Origin: Candidatus Bathyarchaeota archaeon
GTDB taxonomy: Archaea > Thermoproteota > Bathyarchaeia > Bathyarchaeales > Bathycorpusculaceae
DNA: 64,000 nucleotides
Direction of reading: 5' to 3'
Assembly (NCBI GenBank): GCA_963777155.1
Contig: CAVZPM010000032.1
Coordinates: 1-64,000 of the forward strand
Shown here: one piece after another, positions 61,766 through 64,000 of the stretch
Layout: each line of letters begins with the position of its first letter
Numbering within the stretch: position 1 is the first letter of the stretch
The notes under the pieces: generated by a model
Seen by the model: only the letters and a program-made list of their open reading frames with translations
What the model was told of the DNA's origin: nothing
The model's database searches: none
Program-made: the position numbers and the translations under genes

Positions 61766-62224
61766 TGACCACCCTTGCGCTTTTCATGTAAGACAATGGC
61801 TATTCCAAGCGCCACCGTAAGAATAACTATAGCCTGCAAAACAACATCCAAACCCCTCACATTCCACAAGGCATCCCCGACGGATATGTCGGGAGAGGTT
61901 GTAGTTGAACCAGAAACAGAAAGGAAAATTGCAGGTAACGACAAAACCGACGCCTATTCCAACAAGAGCGCCTGTGCGTTTAGCAGAGGTTTTCTTTGCT
62001 GGTTTATCGCCCAACATTTCACCGGACAGGAACAGTATTGCTAATGTGCCAATGCCGACTGCAAACTGGAAGATCGCTGCATATAGGGCGCCATTTAAAA
62101 CGTAAATGAACGCTACAAAAAAGAATGTTCCTGCCAAAGCAGCAACGGAATAGACTACTTCGTCTAGGAAAAGGGCCAATATGGCGGATATTATTAAGCC
62201 TACAGCGAGGATTTCAAAGATCAT
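61762..62224 (-). CDS. NuoJ-like membrane subunit (frameshift near 61950)
   Basis: Position between I and K; TM segments; G..LW..R..D...QA. Confidence 0.75.
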
Positions 62225-62673
62225 TGGGGTTTTGTCTCCTTAGCGTTTGGTTGTGGCTTTTGGATTAATGCGCATTTGTCAGTTGTTGCTAATTCATAGA
62301 AAACTGAGCTCTTAATTGCACCTCTGGGGCAGCTTTCCACGCATTGATGACAGAAGACGCATTTGTCGAACCTAATTTGCGGTCGTCTTTTCCCTTCTAC
62401 TTCAACTATTTCAATAGCACCTGCAGGGCAATCTCGAACACAGACTCTACAATTGGAGCCAACGATTGATCTTACATCTAAAGTCAATCCACCTGATCCT
62501 GTTCCGATGTCGATTATGTTGCAAGAATCAATTGTATAGACTGTTTTGCCTCGGTCATCGCTAGGAAGTTCAGGTTTTACGAAGGGATATTGTGTTGTTG
62601 CAGGCTTTGTGAATATGTGGGAGGCTGCCCTTTTGAATATTGGAGATATACGTGATTTTTTCTTTTCTGTCAT
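62221..62673 (-). CDS. NuoI-like Fe-S subunit with insertion in the first cluster motif
   Basis: KPAT.QYP, RG, C-x23-CRVCVRDCP, CVFCHQCVESCP. Confidence 0.85.
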   Translation of the reverse strand: MTEKKKSRISPIFKRAASHIFTKPATTQYPFVKPELPSDDRGKTVYTIDSCNIIDIGTGSGGLTLDVRSIVGSNCRVCVRDCPAGAIEIVEVEGKRRPQIRFDKCVFCHQCVESCPRGAIKSSVFYELATTDKCALIQKPQPNAKETKPQ

Positions 62674-62677
62674 CGTG

Positions 62678-63680
62678 TTACACCATCAAGGGGTAAACCC
62701 AAGTTACCAATGCGACAGTAAGCATCAAGGACAGCAAGGCTGCAGGTAGGAGGATTCTCCAGTTGCCGGAGAGGACTTGGTCGATGCGGAAACGGGCAAC
62801 CACAGTTGTGATGTACTCAGATATGAGCACGACTGCCAAGAGTTTTAGCACAAACCAGATGCTGTACCAGATCCACGATGGACCAAAGATTACGGGTCCG
62901 TAGGGTCCGCCAAGGAATAGTTCCACCACTAAAGCTGCTCCAAAAACCACCTGAACATCACGTGTAAGGTGGAGGAATGCAAGTTTTGCGCCTGTGTATT
63001 CGGTTTCTAATCCGCCGACAAGCTCGCTTTCAGAATGCGGTACGTCGAAGGGGTCTTTTTCAAGCTCTGCTTGCATAGTTATCATGAATAGGACAAATGC
63101 CCATGGCGCTAGGATGATGAATGGAAGGAAGGTGCCTGCTTGGAGTGAAGCTATGCTTGCGATTTGTAGGCTTCCTGCGATGAATGCTGGTGTTAGGGCG
63201 ATTAAGAAACAGTGGGATGTCGTAGCCTAAGAATTGGGTTAAGACTCTGGCTGAGCCAATGGTGCCATAGGGGTTGCATGATGCCCACCCAGCTAGGAAT
63301 AACAAAAAGTTAGCGATTGTTGCAAACGTCAATATAACAATCAAGTCGCCGCCAAAACCGTTTGTTGATAAAACACTGGCGCCGTCAATGGGTAGGAAAC
63401 AGAAAGCAAAAACCATGATGGCAAACGCTACGAGGGGTGCATATCGGAAAATAATTTTTTTGGCATCTCTTGGTTCGATGTCTTCTTTTGTTAGCAGTTT
63501 TATAAAGTCTGCAAGTGGTTGAAGAATTCCTGCTGGACCTGCCACCATTGGTCCAACACGATTCTGGATACGTGCCTCGATTTTACGCTCCATCCAATCA
63601 CAGAACAGGGTCAACAGTAGTATGAATGTGAAGCCTGGAAAGACAAGGATTCTGAAGATTAGGAGGAGGTAATCAATCAT
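62678..63680 (-). CDS. nuoH: NuoH/HycD-like membrane subunit (frameshift near 63205)
   Basis: ERKI.AR.Q.R.GP...G..Q..AD..KL..KE, PFD...ESELV.G..TEY. Confidence 0.92.
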
Positions 63681-63687
63681 TTCTGGG

Positions 63688-64000
63688 TCACCGATCAGTG
63701 CATGAGAAGCAGGGGTCTAAGCTGACAAAGTTTGCTGGGACATCCGCAATGCTTTCACCAATGGCTGTTTTAAGGAATGACGGTATGTTAGCAAATGTTG
63801 GAGTGCGAACTTTTACGCGGTCAGGCTTGTCTGTACCGTTGCTTCGTACATAGTAGAAGAGTTCACCTCTGGGCGCTTCAACACGGTTCACAGCTTCACC
63901 TACTGGTACACTTCTGGGAGTGGCTATTCTGAAAGGGTCCTGATGGAAGGTGGTCAACTGCATACTCGATGATGTTGATGCTTTCTTCAACCTCGTCCAT
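63688..64000 (-). CDS. group 4 [NiFe]-hydrogenase large subunit, C-terminal part (runs off window)
   Basis: EAPRGEL.Y, RTPT..N, L2 motif DPCFSCTDR then stop. Confidence 0.88.
   Translation of the reverse strand, partial: WTRLKKASTSSSMQLTTFHQDPFRIATPRSVPVGEAVNRVEAPRGELFYYVRSNGTDKPDRVKVRTPTFANIPSFLKTAIGESIADVPANFVSLDPCFSCTDR

Noticed and set aside
51239-62749. Many plus-strand ORFs opposite hppA and the nuo-like genes
   Set aside because: Antisense frames of well-supported membrane-protein genes, with no motifs of their own.
1-64000. CRISPR array, cas genes, intact transposase or integrase, rRNA
   Set aside because: No regularly spaced 25-40 bp repeats and no ORF or sequence with the corresponding motifs was seen.

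Overview
Archaeal chromosomal window, most consistent with Bathyarchaeia (TACK). This is inferred from TBP, TFS, pelota, a Cren7-like protein, a Snf7/ESCRT-III homologue, archaeal RNase P RNA, a methanofuran operon and a group-4 [NiFe]-hydrogenase/complex-I-like operon. It carries tRNA-Val(GAC), tRNA-Phe(GAA), rnpB, an mfnB-A-D-F-E operon, a K+-independent H+-PPase, proBA, many small regulators and surface proteins, and an accessory stretch at about 28-43 kb that ends at rnpB. Many conserved genes are broken by 1-bp frameshifts, often in homopolymers, which looks like long-read assembly error rather than real pseudogenisation. Best non-obvious signals: (1) a degenerate duplicate of the rnpB 3' end inside a perfect 15-bp inverted repeat, abutting what looks like an integrase C-terminal remnant, suggesting rnpB is an integration site; (2) a C/D-box sRNA whose guide points to the 23S P-loop G2251 equivalent and whose upstream sequence can fold back on the guide, plus a second related copy; (3) two tandem C/D-like sRNAs with no recognised target; (4) a hidden pelota paralogue lacking domain 1; (5) a hydrogenase NuoI subunit with a split Fe-S motif plus a stand-alone canonical paralogue behind a structured leader. 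No CRISPR array or intact transposase/integrase was seen. All calls are by eye; no searches were run.
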